From: Macrostomum lignano
Taxonomy: Eukaryota
Assembly: GCA_002269645.1 (NCBI GenBank)
Contig: NIVC01000506.1
Location: 62,001 to 126,000, forward strand
Length of the DNA: 64,000 nucleotides
Reading direction: 5' to 3'
A program made the position numbers and the translations under genes. Every line of letters starts with the position of its first letter. Position 1 is the first letter of the stretch. Below are positions 1-11,707 of this stretch, in pieces. Below the pieces are notes generated by a model. That model did no database searches and was not told where the DNA came from. It saw only the letters and a list, made by a program, of their open reading frames with translations.

Positions 1-345
1 TCTACCCAGATAGCAAGCATCCCCCAAATATTGTAGAAGTATCCACTCAGATAGTAAGCATCCCCCAGATAGAAGCATCTACTCAGATAGCAAGCATCCT
101 GCAGATAGCAAGCCTCCCCCCCAGATATTATAGAAGCATCCTGCAGATAGCAAGCACCCCCCAGATATTATAGAAGCATCCACCCAGATGGCAAGCATCC
201 TGCAGATAGCAAGAATCCCTAAATAGCAAGTATCCCTAGATAGAAAGAATCCCATACATGTAGTACCCCGAGTACCCCCTTCCCAAATAGCAAGTATCCC
301 CCTCAAGAGCAAGCATCCTCCAGATAGCAAGCATCCGCAAGATAG
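1..345 (-). repeat. Degenerate 18-bp minisatellite (GGGGGATGCTTGCTATCT family)
   Basis: Repeated CAGATAGCAAGCATCC on +, the reverse complement of the array at 29805-30790. Confidence 0.9.
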
Positions 346-544
346 CAAGTAGCTAGTGCAAATGTTACCTCCGCTAATGCAATAATCACTTTCGCAGGTT
401 GTGCAACAATCCACATCTCAGCGAGTGCAATAATCTCTTTTTTAAAAAGCACAATAATCAGCTTCTCAGCTAGTGTTATAATCCTTTACTCATCAAGGCC
501 AAAAATTGATGTCTCAGCTAGTGCAGTAGCCCTTTCTAATCTAG

Positions 545-1140
545 TGCAACAATCCTTGGCTTATCAAGTGCAATAATCATTGGTTTATCAAGTGCAATAT
601 TCTTTATTATCAAAGTGCAATAATCCTTGGCTTATCAAATGCAATAATCCTTGGTTTATCAAGTGTAATAATCCTTGGCTTATCAAAAGTAATAATCCTT
701 GGTTTATCAAGTGTAATAATCCTTGGTTTATTAAGTGCAATAGTCCTAGGCTTATCAAGTACAATAATTATTGGCATATCAAGTGCAATAATCCATTGTT
801 TATCAAGTGCAATAATCCTTGGTTTATCAAGTGCAATAATCCTTGGTTTATCAAATGCAATAATCCTTGGTTCATCAAGCACAATAATCTTTGCTTTATC
901 AAGTGCAGTAGTCCTTGGTTTATCAAGTGTAATAATCCTTTGTTTATCAAATGCAATAATCCTTAGTTTATTAGGTGCAATAATCCTTGGTTTATCAAGT
1001 GCAATAATCCTTGGTTTATTAAGTGCAATAATCCTTGGTTTATCAAGTGCAATAATACTTGGTTTATCAAGCGCAGTAATCCTTGGTTTATCAGGTGAAA
1101 TAATCCTTGGTTTATCAAGTGCAGTAATCCTTGGTTTATT
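545..1140 (-). repeat. 24-bp minisatellite (CAAGTGCAATAATCCTTGGTTTAT on +)
   Basis: Direct tandem repeat; the 8-aa periodic ORFs (IKCNNPWF) are its translation. Reverse complement of the 33905-35610 family. Confidence 0.95.
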
Positions 1141-2702
1141 TTCGCCATAATCCAGGTCTTTTTTAATTAGTCCTTGAACAAAAGCTTTCAATAAAAAATT
1201 ATGCTTCTTTTATTTTTTAATACACTACTAAGATCCAAACCCAGGATGCTGCGTTAGCAATCTAGTGTGTTTATATCTTGGCTAGCTCTCATTGAAATTA
1301 TAAATGAATTTGTAGCACTTATAATTCAACACTCACACCAAGTCAATTGAGTAAAAGTCACACAAAGCAGTTATAACATAATCAATTTCTTAGGCAAGTC
1401 AGTACTAGTCTCTATTAAAGTTAAAGCAATATGGTTACGCAATATAAATCAAGTATTGTGCTATGCTTCCACACTGCTTTTACAATATTGTGACACAATT
1501 CAATTCAGTGTCAAAATTCAGCCAGTATACACAGATGATAAATAAAAAGCCTATTGTGATGCAATCTATTTCAGAATCAGAATTCAATCAATCAGTTTTT
1601 TCCTAGCATTCTTACAATGCATTTCAAGTTGAAAGAACTGCTTGACCTTTGCAAAAAGCATGTTTTTTGAATATTTAATCCCTTTAGCATCAAGCAATTT
1701 CTTAGCCATGTTGCATGTACCATCACGGGAAAATTTCTGATCGAACAGTGCAAGTTCGAACAAAATTGATTGAGCCATTTTTGCTAAAATCAATCATATA
1801 CCTAGATACCAACAGACAATTTTTAATATAGTTGGATGGATTTTGTTAAGATTTATGCTTTATACCTATATATTTAAAAACTTTTGTTGAAAGATTAATA
1901 TATTTAGGAAAACAAATAAAACTAATTATGTTGTTTTCTTCCTGTATAGATCATTTTGAATTGTCCCAGAGTTTTCAGACACATAAACCATAAACCTATA
2001 TAGAGAATTCTCATGAAATGCTGACCATGAAAAAAGCAGAAATGGACACTACATGTTTAGATTGAAAAACAATTCAAAAGACTGCAACTCTTTAAGTGTA
2101 AATAAACAAAATTAAATAAAGCAGAACTTAACCTTTTAAAAAATATATACAACTTTAGGTTCCATAACCTTTAAGATTTGCAAGCTAATTTTCTGTTTAA
2201 AAACAGAATGGCTATCACTTAAAAAGGTATTTTTCTTGTTATGGAAATGACTTTTTTTGCTTGTCACCAAAACGTCTTGTTACTAAAATGACTGTAATCC
2301 TTTTGGACAAACAGATTTAGACAGACTTATTATTTAGCATGGCATGTCAGCCAACAAGATCAATGTTTGTCTTAAATCTTAATGACTTAATTGAACGTGA
2401 ATTTACTTAATTTTTCTAAACTTCTAATGTAACTATCACCAAGTTTTTGTTTGAGTATGACTTCAAATTTAAGAATTTTTGCAATTTAAGATTTTGGATT
2501 GGAATTCAATCAAGTAGGTTCAAAATCTATATGTTTCAACAGCTTGTCTTGTATAAATTATAACTAAGCCAATATATAGAATGATAGGGGGCCTATATAC
2601 TTTAAATCAAAATACAAAGTGCTATATGAATAGGGACTATCATGTAAATGGGAAATCTATATAAATAAAAATATACAAAGATTAAGAAGGATAACTAACT
2701 AA

Positions 2703-3287
2703 GGCAATCCTACACTTCCATTCGGTAAATTATTTTGACACTGAATTTTGAACAGGCGTGTTAAATAACAATGTAACCAAACAAAACTGAAACAGTGGAA
2801 CATGGTAGCAGTCTGTTAGAGTGCATAATCACTTAGAGTGTGTCTGCAGGTCATTAAGGTGTCTACAATGGATAGTAATGTCCAATCCAGTACAGGATAG
2901 CCCCAAATGGACATTGGGGATACAGACGACGCCAGAGGAATTCCTCAATGTGTGCGTCGAAGAGAGCGTCGCTTGTGCGGTGTGCCATACATGTTGCAGA
3001 TCTTGCGCTTCGCGTAGGCCCATGTGCCCTCCACGGTGTTGGTGTGGACTATTGGGTCCGCAGGATCTACGAAGTGCAGCCGATGGTTCACTTCACCGAG
3101 ACGTGGTTGGGTAGAGACGTGGTAAAAACAAGCAGCTCACAAGCAACAGCTCCCTTAAACTGACACCCCCTTAAACTCTGTTCGCTCAAACTTTTGGCCA
3201 TAGACACATTGCCAATCGACGTCATTTGACTCAGTGGTACGAATTCAAATGTCAAAATAATTTACCGAACGGAAGTGTAGGATTGCC
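2703..3287 (-). mobile_element. Merlin (IS1016/IS1595-like) internally deleted DNA transposon / MITE, 585 bp
   Basis: About 40-bp TIRs (GGCAATCCTACACTTCCATTCGGTAAATTATTTTGACA ... TGTCAAAATAATTTACCGAACGGAAGTGTAGGATTGCC). Perfect 8-bp TSD CTAACTAA at 2695-2702 and 3288-3295. 5'-GG termini and an internal transposase remnant. Confidence 0.9.
2863..3091 (-). pseudogene. C-terminal fragment of a Merlin/IS1595-type DDE transposase, one frameshift
   Basis: Manual translation gives VNHRLHFVDPADPIVHTNTVEGTWAYAKRK, then after a frameshift LFDAHIEEFLWRRLYPQCPFGAILYWIGHYYPL*. This fits the family motifs VNHS..FVDP...HTNTIEG.W and L.EF.WR. Confidence 0.85.
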
Positions 3288-4795
3288 CTAACTAAGCTAG
3301 TATTTGGGGGCCTAAGAAATTTATATGGCCTAGTAGGCCTAAAGTAGTGGCTAGACCTAATATAATAATAAAATGATGTAGTAAAAATTATTACAACTTA
3401 AAATTAATAAGTTTGATGGACCAATGATAGTCACCAGTCTTTGAGTCTAATTCTTAGCAGAATTTGAATGCAGTTAAATGTGCGTGGCGAGCGGCATAAC
3501 TGCGTTGTTTTCGGCTTACGGTTTTGCGTAACAATGTGAATAAAAACGTACTTTTTCTTCAAAAACAAAAAATAGGATGCACTAAAAATAACTCCGAAAC
3601 CCCATAAACAAGTTTCAGACTAATATAAAGCGGCTTACTTTTTAGGTTAAAATTTTAGTAAATTATTTGCGTAGTAGTAAATATCTTTGCTCATTATTTA
3701 ACTCTCTGTTTGCAGAAGGCATCCTGTTTTGTTACTTTGCTTGGAGGTACACTTTTTAAATTGTAGTATTTTCGTTCCACGAACATTATTTGCTCGAGCG
3801 AATCGCATCTTTGTCATTAAGCTGAATTCTGAAGATGAAACCAGCCGAAACCATGGAAACAGTGAACTACTATTTTTTCGCTAATAAAAACTTGTGAAAA
3901 ACAATAAATGCTATGAATATATGCATTATAATTATGTATCATACATGCAGTATTTTTTCTATTGTTAACCTGGCTATATACCTTGTCCTTGGCTTAATAC
4001 CTAGTTTACTAGCTATTATGGCTTGGGGCCCGGGGTCCTAATTAAAATAGGTAAAATACTACTTTACTCAATTATATTATGCAATAGTCTAGTAAACAAG
4101 CCTAGTTTAGACTTTAGGCCTAGTTTATATTTATAATTTTAGGCAATTTAATGACTATTTGATTGAATTTAATTTACCCATATGGCCATATATGCTAGGC
4201 CAATAAGCATTGTACAATAGTCCAGTTTATGCAGTAAGTTAGTATTAGTAATTAGTGCCACTGCTGGCACTGTAGTCTGCTATAGTTCATGCATGCTGGA
4301 ATAAAGTTTTGAGTCAAACTGGCAATCTGTTAGTAACAGTACCATGGTCAATGAGTAACTACAGTTAACAAGGAATATGCTTTGTGATGTGTAACTTTTA
4401 TATGCCTGTATAATGGCTGTTGTATAGTGTGGACCAACTATACAATAGTATATACAATACAACACCTCCCAAAAAGAGCAATGTACAATATGTATGATAG
4501 GTGATCCTTGTGTACAACAGATATTTTCATTGTATAACCATCCTTCTGATTCAATCCTGATTCCTTTTGGTTTACAATTACCTCAAATATAAAATAGTGA
4601 CAATCACCATATAAAACATTATAAGACATAAAAACCAATGGTAGTTTCAAATAAAAAGAATTCAAAAGTTGGCAAACTAACTTTGTTTATTTCAAAGGAT
4701 TGTATATTAGTTTGCTAGTAGGGCCTAGGCCTAGCTTATATGTTTATACCTTTGAAGGTCAAAGCATATACCTTCACTTTACAATCATCCAAAAA

Positions 4796-5438
4796 GGGAC
4801 GCTTTCATAAGACCTAAAGTCCTAAATTTTACAACGCCTAAAACCACCACATTTCACAATGCCTAAATTTCATATCACCTAAATTTCACAATGCCTAAAT
4901 ATTTGCATGCTCTTTCACATTGCCTAAATTTCATATTGCCTAAATTTCACAATGCCTAAAATATATGCAGCCTCCTTCACAATGCCTAAATTTCATATTG
5001 CCTAAATTTTACAATGCCTAAAACTGAAAATTCAGCATCTTTCACATTGCCTAAATTTCATATCACCTAAATTTCACATTGCCTAAATTTCATATTGCCT
5101 AAATTTCACAATGCCTAAAATCTTTGCTTCTCTCCTTCACATTCAGTTTTAGGTGTTGTGAAATTTAGGGGAAATGAAAGAGCATGCAGATTTTTAGGCA
5201 TTGTGAAATTTAGGCAATATTAAATTTAGGTAATATGAAGTAGGATGCATTTTCGGTTTTAGGTGTTATAAAATTTAGGCATTGTGAAATTTAGGCAATG
5301 TGAAATTTAGGCATTATGAAAGAGGCTGCATTTTCAATTTTAGGCATTGTGAAATTTAGGCATTATGAAATTTAGGTAATGTGAAGTCATGTGCTTTAGG
5401 CGTTGTGAATTTAGGTCTTATGAAGCACCCCTGGTCCC
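4796..5438. mobile_element. Foldback-like element with long, internally repetitive inverted arms
   Basis: Left arm repeats (AATGCCTAAATTTCAC)n; right arm repeats the reverse complement (GTGAAATTTAGGCATT)n. Ends GGGACGCTTTCATAAGACCTAAA ... TTTAGGTCTTATGAAGCACCCCTGGTCCC. Near-TSD CATCCAAAAA / CTTCCAAAAA (9 of 10 match). Confidence 0.75.
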
Positions 5439-5960
5439 CTTCCAAAAAGGCCAAATGTATATTTTTCATTAAAATGATCATAAACTGGAGCTGGCTATAG
5501 AAAAGCATATCAAATAGTCACAGAAAACTGCTGCTCATTCCAGATTAAGGGCATTGAAATCTAGGTTGAATAATCACTTGTCTAACATCTTTATTAGATA
5601 TGCTTTGTAAGGTAGTCATTATTTGCATTGTACTATGTAAATATTGCCAGTGTTATTTATATAGTAACTGAAAAAATATTTTCTAAATAGGCCTTAATTA
5701 TCCTATCAGGGACTGATATTTGTCCCTGTGTCTTGTATTTTCATAATGAGTTTTATAATTAACTACAGTCAGTAGATAGAGTTTAGGCATGATTTATATG
5801 TTTATAGGCATTATAGCTTAGCATTTTTATTAGCTCATATTTATAGTACTTATATTATTTATAATGCAAAATACAAAGGGTGTTTCAAAAGAAATGAACA
5901 ATAATGTGACTCATTTGCCTTCAAAATGATAGATTTGTGGTATGGTCAAATATATATATA

Positions 5961-6303
5961 GGGGGCCATAGCCCAGCGGTAGAGTAGCTGCTCTGGTATA
6001 CCAGCGACCCAGGCTCAATTCCAAGTGCAGTCACATTAATTTGGGGCTGAATTGGAATCTTGGCTTGGCTCTGCTTGTGCAATTAAGGGCCTTGAGAGCC
6101 AACCTTCCAAGGCGCAGTAAAGTGTACATGCCTAACAATAATATAAAAGTTAGGGCCACTGTACACTCCTGTGTGAGTGTGTGCCTGCGTATGTATCCAC
6201 GCGCTTGTGTGCCTATTCAAGGGAGTCAGCAGAATGGGCAGTAATGCCTCTTGCCAGTTGTGTGCCTATGTCGCTTAAAGTGCACCAGGGCTTCTAATAA
6301 AAA
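5961..6303 (+). mobile_element. tRNA-derived SINE, copy 1 (decayed)
   Basis: A box TAGCCCAGCGG, B-box-like GGCTCAATTCC, AATAAAAAA tail. 13-bp TSD ATGGTCAAATATA at 5942-5954 and 6304-6316. A second copy lies at 52798-53160. Confidence 0.9.
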
Positions 6304-7547
6304 ATGGTCAAATATAACTGGACAATAGCTATAAGTACTACATAGTATATAAAACTAGTTTATATACTAGTCTTTATTTTAGTTACTGTCTATATAATGA
6401 CAATTTTTTTACATGGTACTGTGTAAATAACAAGTGCCACTTTGCAATCATAACTAATTAACCTTTAGTATTGCACTCTTCTCTTCACCTTTAGTTTACG
6501 ATCACTTCCATATATGCCCTCCATTAAAATGATTGCAAACCAAAGCTGGGTATATTACCTTTACCTTTACACAAAGTACATATATATTACCTTTACAATA
6601 TTAACTTTTTTCTAGTTTTAGTTCACAATCATTTTTATGTATGTTATACATTCAAATGATTGAAAACCAAAGCTGATATATAAGCATTGTCCAACAAACT
6701 GCTTTGCTGCTTACCTTTGACTGACTTTGTTTGACTGATATGAAACGAGATCAATGACACTCATCAGTCCATCCATAGAATGAAATCTTCTTGGACTTTC
6801 AATTTTGTATATTTTTTGTTAGTCAGTTTTGAACATGCCATTTTTACCCTACAGTGAGCAAAATATAAAGTGATTGTAAACTGGAACTGGCAAAATATAA
6901 AGTGAATCTAAACTGAAACTAGCGAAATACAAAGTGATCATAAACCAAAGGATTGCTATCAAGCCAATCTAGGGCTTAATCTTATCAATTTTCTGCTATA
7001 GCCATAGGATAGGGCTATGTTTAGCCCATAAAAAGACATAGCCTCTCTAGTACTATTTATTTGTTTTGTTGTTATTAGCCTTAGGCCTATTAAAAGTTTA
7101 TAGCATATGTCTTATTGTCTTTTTACAAAAATTCAGCTATCCTATAGATTCATTTGTTAAATTAAATTTGATTCCCTTCTATTTTTAGAGTCCAAAAATT
7201 TGAAACAAGTGAATAAATTAATAGCTTAATATGTACTAGCAGCAAATTTGTTTTTTTAGTCAATTGCCATTCTAAAGCCATCAATATTTGACATCAATAT
7301 TTCACAAACCACAATAATATGACAAAATAAATGGCAATTGTGTGTTATTTTGTCCTTCTTTAAGAATATTGACAATGGATTTAGTGTAAATCACCATAGA
7401 ATAATTATTAATATCTTTTGATAGTACTTTCAAAAACAGATAATCTACAAGTATATACAGCTTTAGTTAACACTAGTCATCTATGTAAAATGTAACATTT
7501 GTGCCATGTGTTTGTGTACAGCATTGAGTTAATATGAATGACTATGA

Positions 7548-8302
7548 ATGGCATCACCAATCACTCTATCCACTTAGCATCAAGCATGGTCCAGAATATT
7601 AGTGACTAAGCATTCACAATGGCATCACCAATCACTCTATCCACTTAGCATCAAGCATGGTCCAGAATATTAGTGACTAAGCATTCACAATGGCATCACC
7701 AATCACTATCCAGTTAGCATCAAGCATGGTCCAGAATATTAGTGACTAAGCATTCACAATGGCATCACCAATCACTCTATCCAGTTAGCATCAAGCATGG
7801 TCCAGAATATTAGTGACTAAGCATTCACAATGGCATCACCAATCACTCTATCCAGTTAGCATCAAGCATGGTCCAGAATATTAGTGACTAAGCATTCACA
7901 ATGGCATCACCAATCACTCTATCCAGTTAGCATCAAGCATGGTCCAGAATATTAGTGACTAAGCATTCACAATGGCATCACCAATCACTCTATCCAGTTA
8001 GCATCAAGCATGGTCCAGAATATTAGTGACTAAGCATTCACAATGGCATCACCAATCACTCTATCCAGTTAGCATCAAGCATGGTCCAGAATATTAGTGA
8101 CTAAGCATTCACAATGGCATCACCAATCACTCTATCCAGTTAGCATCAAGCATGGTCCAGAATATTAGTGACTAAGCATTCACAATGGCATCACCAATCA
8201 CTCTATCCAGTTAGCATCAAGCATGGCCCAGAATATTAGTGACTAAGCATTCACAATGGCATCACCAATCACTCTATCCAGTTAGCATCAAGCATGGTCC
8301 AG
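7548..8302 (+). repeat. 71-bp tandem repeat, about 10.6 near-identical copies; the last copy supplies the G3BP start codon
   Basis: Unit TGGCATCACCAATCACTCTATCCAGTTAGCATCAAGCATGGTCCAGAATATTAGTGACTAAGCATTCACAA. The final ATGGTCCAG (8294-8302) runs into unique coding sequence. Confidence 0.95.
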
Positions 8303-11300
8303 CCAGCCGTGTCCGAGCAGCAGCAGCAGCAGCAGGCAGAGCCGCAGCCAACAGCGGATCTGCTTGAGCAAGCTCGCAGCGTAGGTCGCGAGTTCGTATT
8401 CATCTACTACACCTGCGTGAACAAGTGCCCGCAGGATTTGTACCGCTTCTATTCCACCGGCTCGCACTTCGTCCACGGTGGCCGCGAGCTGCCCGGACAC
8501 GCTGTGGAGCCGCCGGCCGTCGGACAGGCGGACATCGCGGCCAGGGTGAAGCAGCTCGGCCTGGCCGACTGCCGGACAAAGATCCTGATGGTGGACTCGC
8601 TGCCGGCCCCGGCCAGCGGCGTGCTCATCCAGGTGTGCGGCGAGATGAGCAACAATGCCGGCCCGATGCGCCGCTTCATGCAGACCTTCCTGCTGTCGCC
8701 CATCGGGCCGAAGAAGTTCTACGTGCTGAATGACATCTTCCGGTTAGTGCTGGTTGGAGCATGTTTTAAATGCCTTCACTGTGCCGCAGGGATGCTGGGA
8801 GTTTAATTCTGGTTAAACAGTTCTCCATGGCAGATCCTACAATTCGGGGCGGGCGGGGCAGCTTTAGGTGAACGAGTGCACCTGCCTGATGATTCACGCC
8901 CCTGAGGGCGAATCCCCAAGTCAGAACGAGTGCACATGCCTGATGATTCACGCCCCTGAGGGCCGATTCCCAAGTCAGAACGAGTGCACCTGCCTGATGA
9001 TTCACGCCCCTGAGGGCCAATCCCCAAGTCAGAACGAGTGCACCTGCCTGATGATTCACGCCCCTGAGGGCCAATCCCCAAGTCAGAACGAGTGCACCTG
9101 CCTGATGATTCACGCCCCTGAGGGCCAATCCCCAAGTCAGAACGAGTGCACATGCCTGATGATTCACGCCCCTGAGGGCCGATTCCCAAGTCAGAACGAG
9201 TGCACCTGCCTGATGATTCACGCCCCTGAGGGCCAATCCCCAAGTCAGAACGAGTGCACCTGCCTGATGATTCACGCCCCTGAGGGCCAATCCCCAAGTC
9301 AGAACGAGTGCACCTGCCTGATGATTCACGCCCCTGAGGGCCAATCCCCAAGTCAGAACGAGTGCACCTGCCTGATGATTCACGCCCCTGAGGGCCAATC
9401 CCCAAGTCAGAACGAGTGCACCTGCCTGATGATTCACGCCCCTGAGGGCCAATCCCCAAGTCAGAACGAGTGCACCTGCCTGATGATTCACGCCCCTGAG
9501 GGCCAATCCCCAAGTCAGAACGAGTGCACCTGCCTGATGATTCACGCCCCTGAGGGCCAATCCCCAAGTCAGAACGAGTGCACCTGCCTGATGATTCACG
9601 CCCCTGAGGGCCAATCCCCAAGTCAGAACGAGTGCACCTGCCTGATGATTCACGCCCCTGAGGGCCAATCCCCAAGTCAGAACGAGTGCACATGCCTGAC
9701 GCAAGGACTACTCAAGCAGAAGGACGTGAAATTACGTTCCTTGGCCTGAGGATTAGAATGTCAGGGCTGCTGCACATCCTGTGTGAGCGTGTGTGTGCCT
9801 GCGTACAGTATTTGTGTACGAGTATGGGCTCATACCGTTCAAAGCGATACTGTGACAAGAATCCGTAAAGTCGTTGCAAACAACTCTCTACTAGTGACTC
9901 TAGCGACTCTTGTGATGTTTAAACAACTCAAATGCGTCTGATGCGACTTTGAGGCGAATTTTTCGTCACAAGCGCATCATCCAAGAATTGTTGTGCTGGC
10001 TAAAGCTGAAGCGATTTATTTCGGAGTCTTTTTTGCGACTGAAGAACGCCGGCGATGTGACTCGTATTCGTCAAGCGACGCAAATGTGCTTCAAACACAA
10101 CTCAGCGACAGCGACTCCAGCATGCCTGTCCCCTCCAGCCCGATTCCCCATCGCCTGCCGCCCCGCAGCTACCAGGACGAGGTCTTCACCGACTCCGACA
10201 ACCCCGCCGATGCTCCCACCGACGTTAAAGGCTCTGTCAGCAACGGGACTGCCGCCGTTGCCGAGGCCAGCGAAGCCGCCGCCGTTGTCGCTGCCGCCGC
10301 TGCTCCGCCGCCGCCACCACCAATGGCGGACGTTGCCGAAGCCAACGGCATCAGCTGCCCGATGGTCGCCGCCAGCGAGGAGCGCATCGACCAGGGGGAC
10401 CAGCCAGCTGGCGATGCCGCCGACGGCAATGCCGCTGAAATCGACATGCAGCAGGTGGAGGCCGCCGCTGAGGAGCCGGAAGCCGAGGAGCCGGCCGCTC
10501 CGCCTGCCGAGGATGCCGCAGCGGCGGAAGAAGCTCCGTCCTGCGTGCCGAAGGAGTCGCAGCCGGCCGCGCCAGGCGCTAAGCGGAACTTCGCCGCCCT
10601 GTTCAGCAGCGCTGGCGGTGCAAGCAACGGCCAGCCGCAGCCGGTACAGCCGCAGGCACCAGCGCCGCGACGCCAAGCGGCTGCTGCACCACCGCCGGCA
10701 CAGCAGCAGAAGCAGAACGGTGGAAGCGGCGCCGGCGGCACTCCAGCCGACGAACAGCGCCGCCAGGACCGGGACGCTCCGGACCACCTGCAGGTGTTCG
10801 TGGGCAACCTGGCGCCCGACGTGCGCGAGTCCGACCTGGCCGAGGCTTTTCGCCAGTGCGGCGAGGTGGCCAGCTGCCGCATCAGCGCTGGCAAGCCGCG
10901 GCCGGGCCAGAGCGCCGCCACCGCCAACTTCGGCTTCGTGACGTTTGCCAGCGCTGCTGGAGTCAAGGCCGCCGTTGAAAATGTGAGAACTGCTTTCTAA
11001 TGAGGCACTGAACCCCTTCAGCAGTGAGGCACTGAACCCCTTCAGTTGTGAGGCACTGAACCCCTTCAGCTGTGAGGCACTGAACCCCATCAGCAGTGAG
11101 GCACTGAACCCCTTCAGCTGTGAGGCACTGAGCCCCTTTAACAGTGAGGCACTGAACCCCTTCAGCTGTGAGGCACTGAACCCCTTCAAAAGTGAGGCAC
11201 TGAACCCCTTCAGCTGTGAGGCACTGAACCCCTTCAACAGTGAGGCACTTAACCCCTTTAGCTGTGAGGCACTGAACCCCTTCAGCAATGAGGCACTGAA

Positions 11301-11707
11301 CCCCTTCAGCAGTGAGGCACTGAACCCCTTCAGCAGTGAGGCACTGAACCCCTTCAGCTGTGAGGCACTGAACCCCTTCAACAGTGAGGCACTGAACCCC
11401 TTCAGCAGTGAGGCACTGAACCCATTCAGCTGTGAGGCACTGAACCCCTTCAGCTGTGAGTCAAATCGCACACAGGCTTTGCTCTATTGGCACCTGTCAA
11501 TCACTGAATTGTTCCCCAATTTCCCATCCGCATTCCCAGCCGCCAAACGTGAAAAGCGGCCGTGTCAATGTTGAGATGAAGAAACCCGGCAGCGGCTTCC
11601 GACGCGGCGGCGGTGGCGGTGGCAGCCGAGGTGGCGGCGGTGGCGGGCATCGCGGTGGCTTTCGAAGCGGAGGCGGCGGCTACGGCGGGCCGTACCAGGG
11701 AAGATAG
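8294..11707 (+). CDS. G3BP: G3BP/Rasputin-like stress-granule protein (NTF2 domain, acidic/Pro-rich region, RRM, RGG tail); exons 8294-8742, 10169-10982, 11540-11707
   Basis: NTF2 motifs VGREFV..YY, LYRFY, RRFMQTFLL and FYVLNDIFR|YQDEVF across a GT-AG intron in consistent phase. RRM QVFVGNL...NFGFVTF. Last exon has RVNVEMKK and RGG repeats. Confidence 0.93.
8870..9699. repeat. 54-bp minisatellite in G3BP intron 1, about 15 copies
   Basis: Unit GAACGAGTGCACCTGCCTGATGATTCACGCCCCTGAGGGCCAATCCCCAAGTCA; it produces the 18-aa periodic ORFs. Confidence 0.97.
11001..11460. repeat. 24-bp minisatellite in G3BP intron 2, about 19 copies
   Basis: Unit TGAGGCACTGAACCCCTTCAGC(A/T)G. Confidence 0.97.

Larger units (their letters stand above)
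1..1836 (-). mobile_element. Non-autonomous Helitron-family element; 5' end at 1836, runs off the left edge of the window
   Basis: Minus strand reads A|TCCAACTATATTAAAAATTGTCTG at 1837/1836, like TCCATATACTAAAAATGGTCTG at 33219. About 1230-1800 is the reverse complement of the shared Helitron 5' module (17935-18330, 27415-27830, 33290-33830). It is followed by the same 24-bp and 18-bp arrays, in the same order as in 33219-38529. Confidence 0.8.

Noticed and set aside
7548-8302. CRISPR-like appearance of this and other regular arrays
   Set aside because: The units are contiguous with no unique spacers, there are no cas genes, and the context is eukaryotic.
8766-9749. Three ORFs of about 300 aa
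   Set aside because: The 54-bp repeat lies inside G3BP intron 1, whose boundaries are fixed by the NDIFR|YQDEVF junction.
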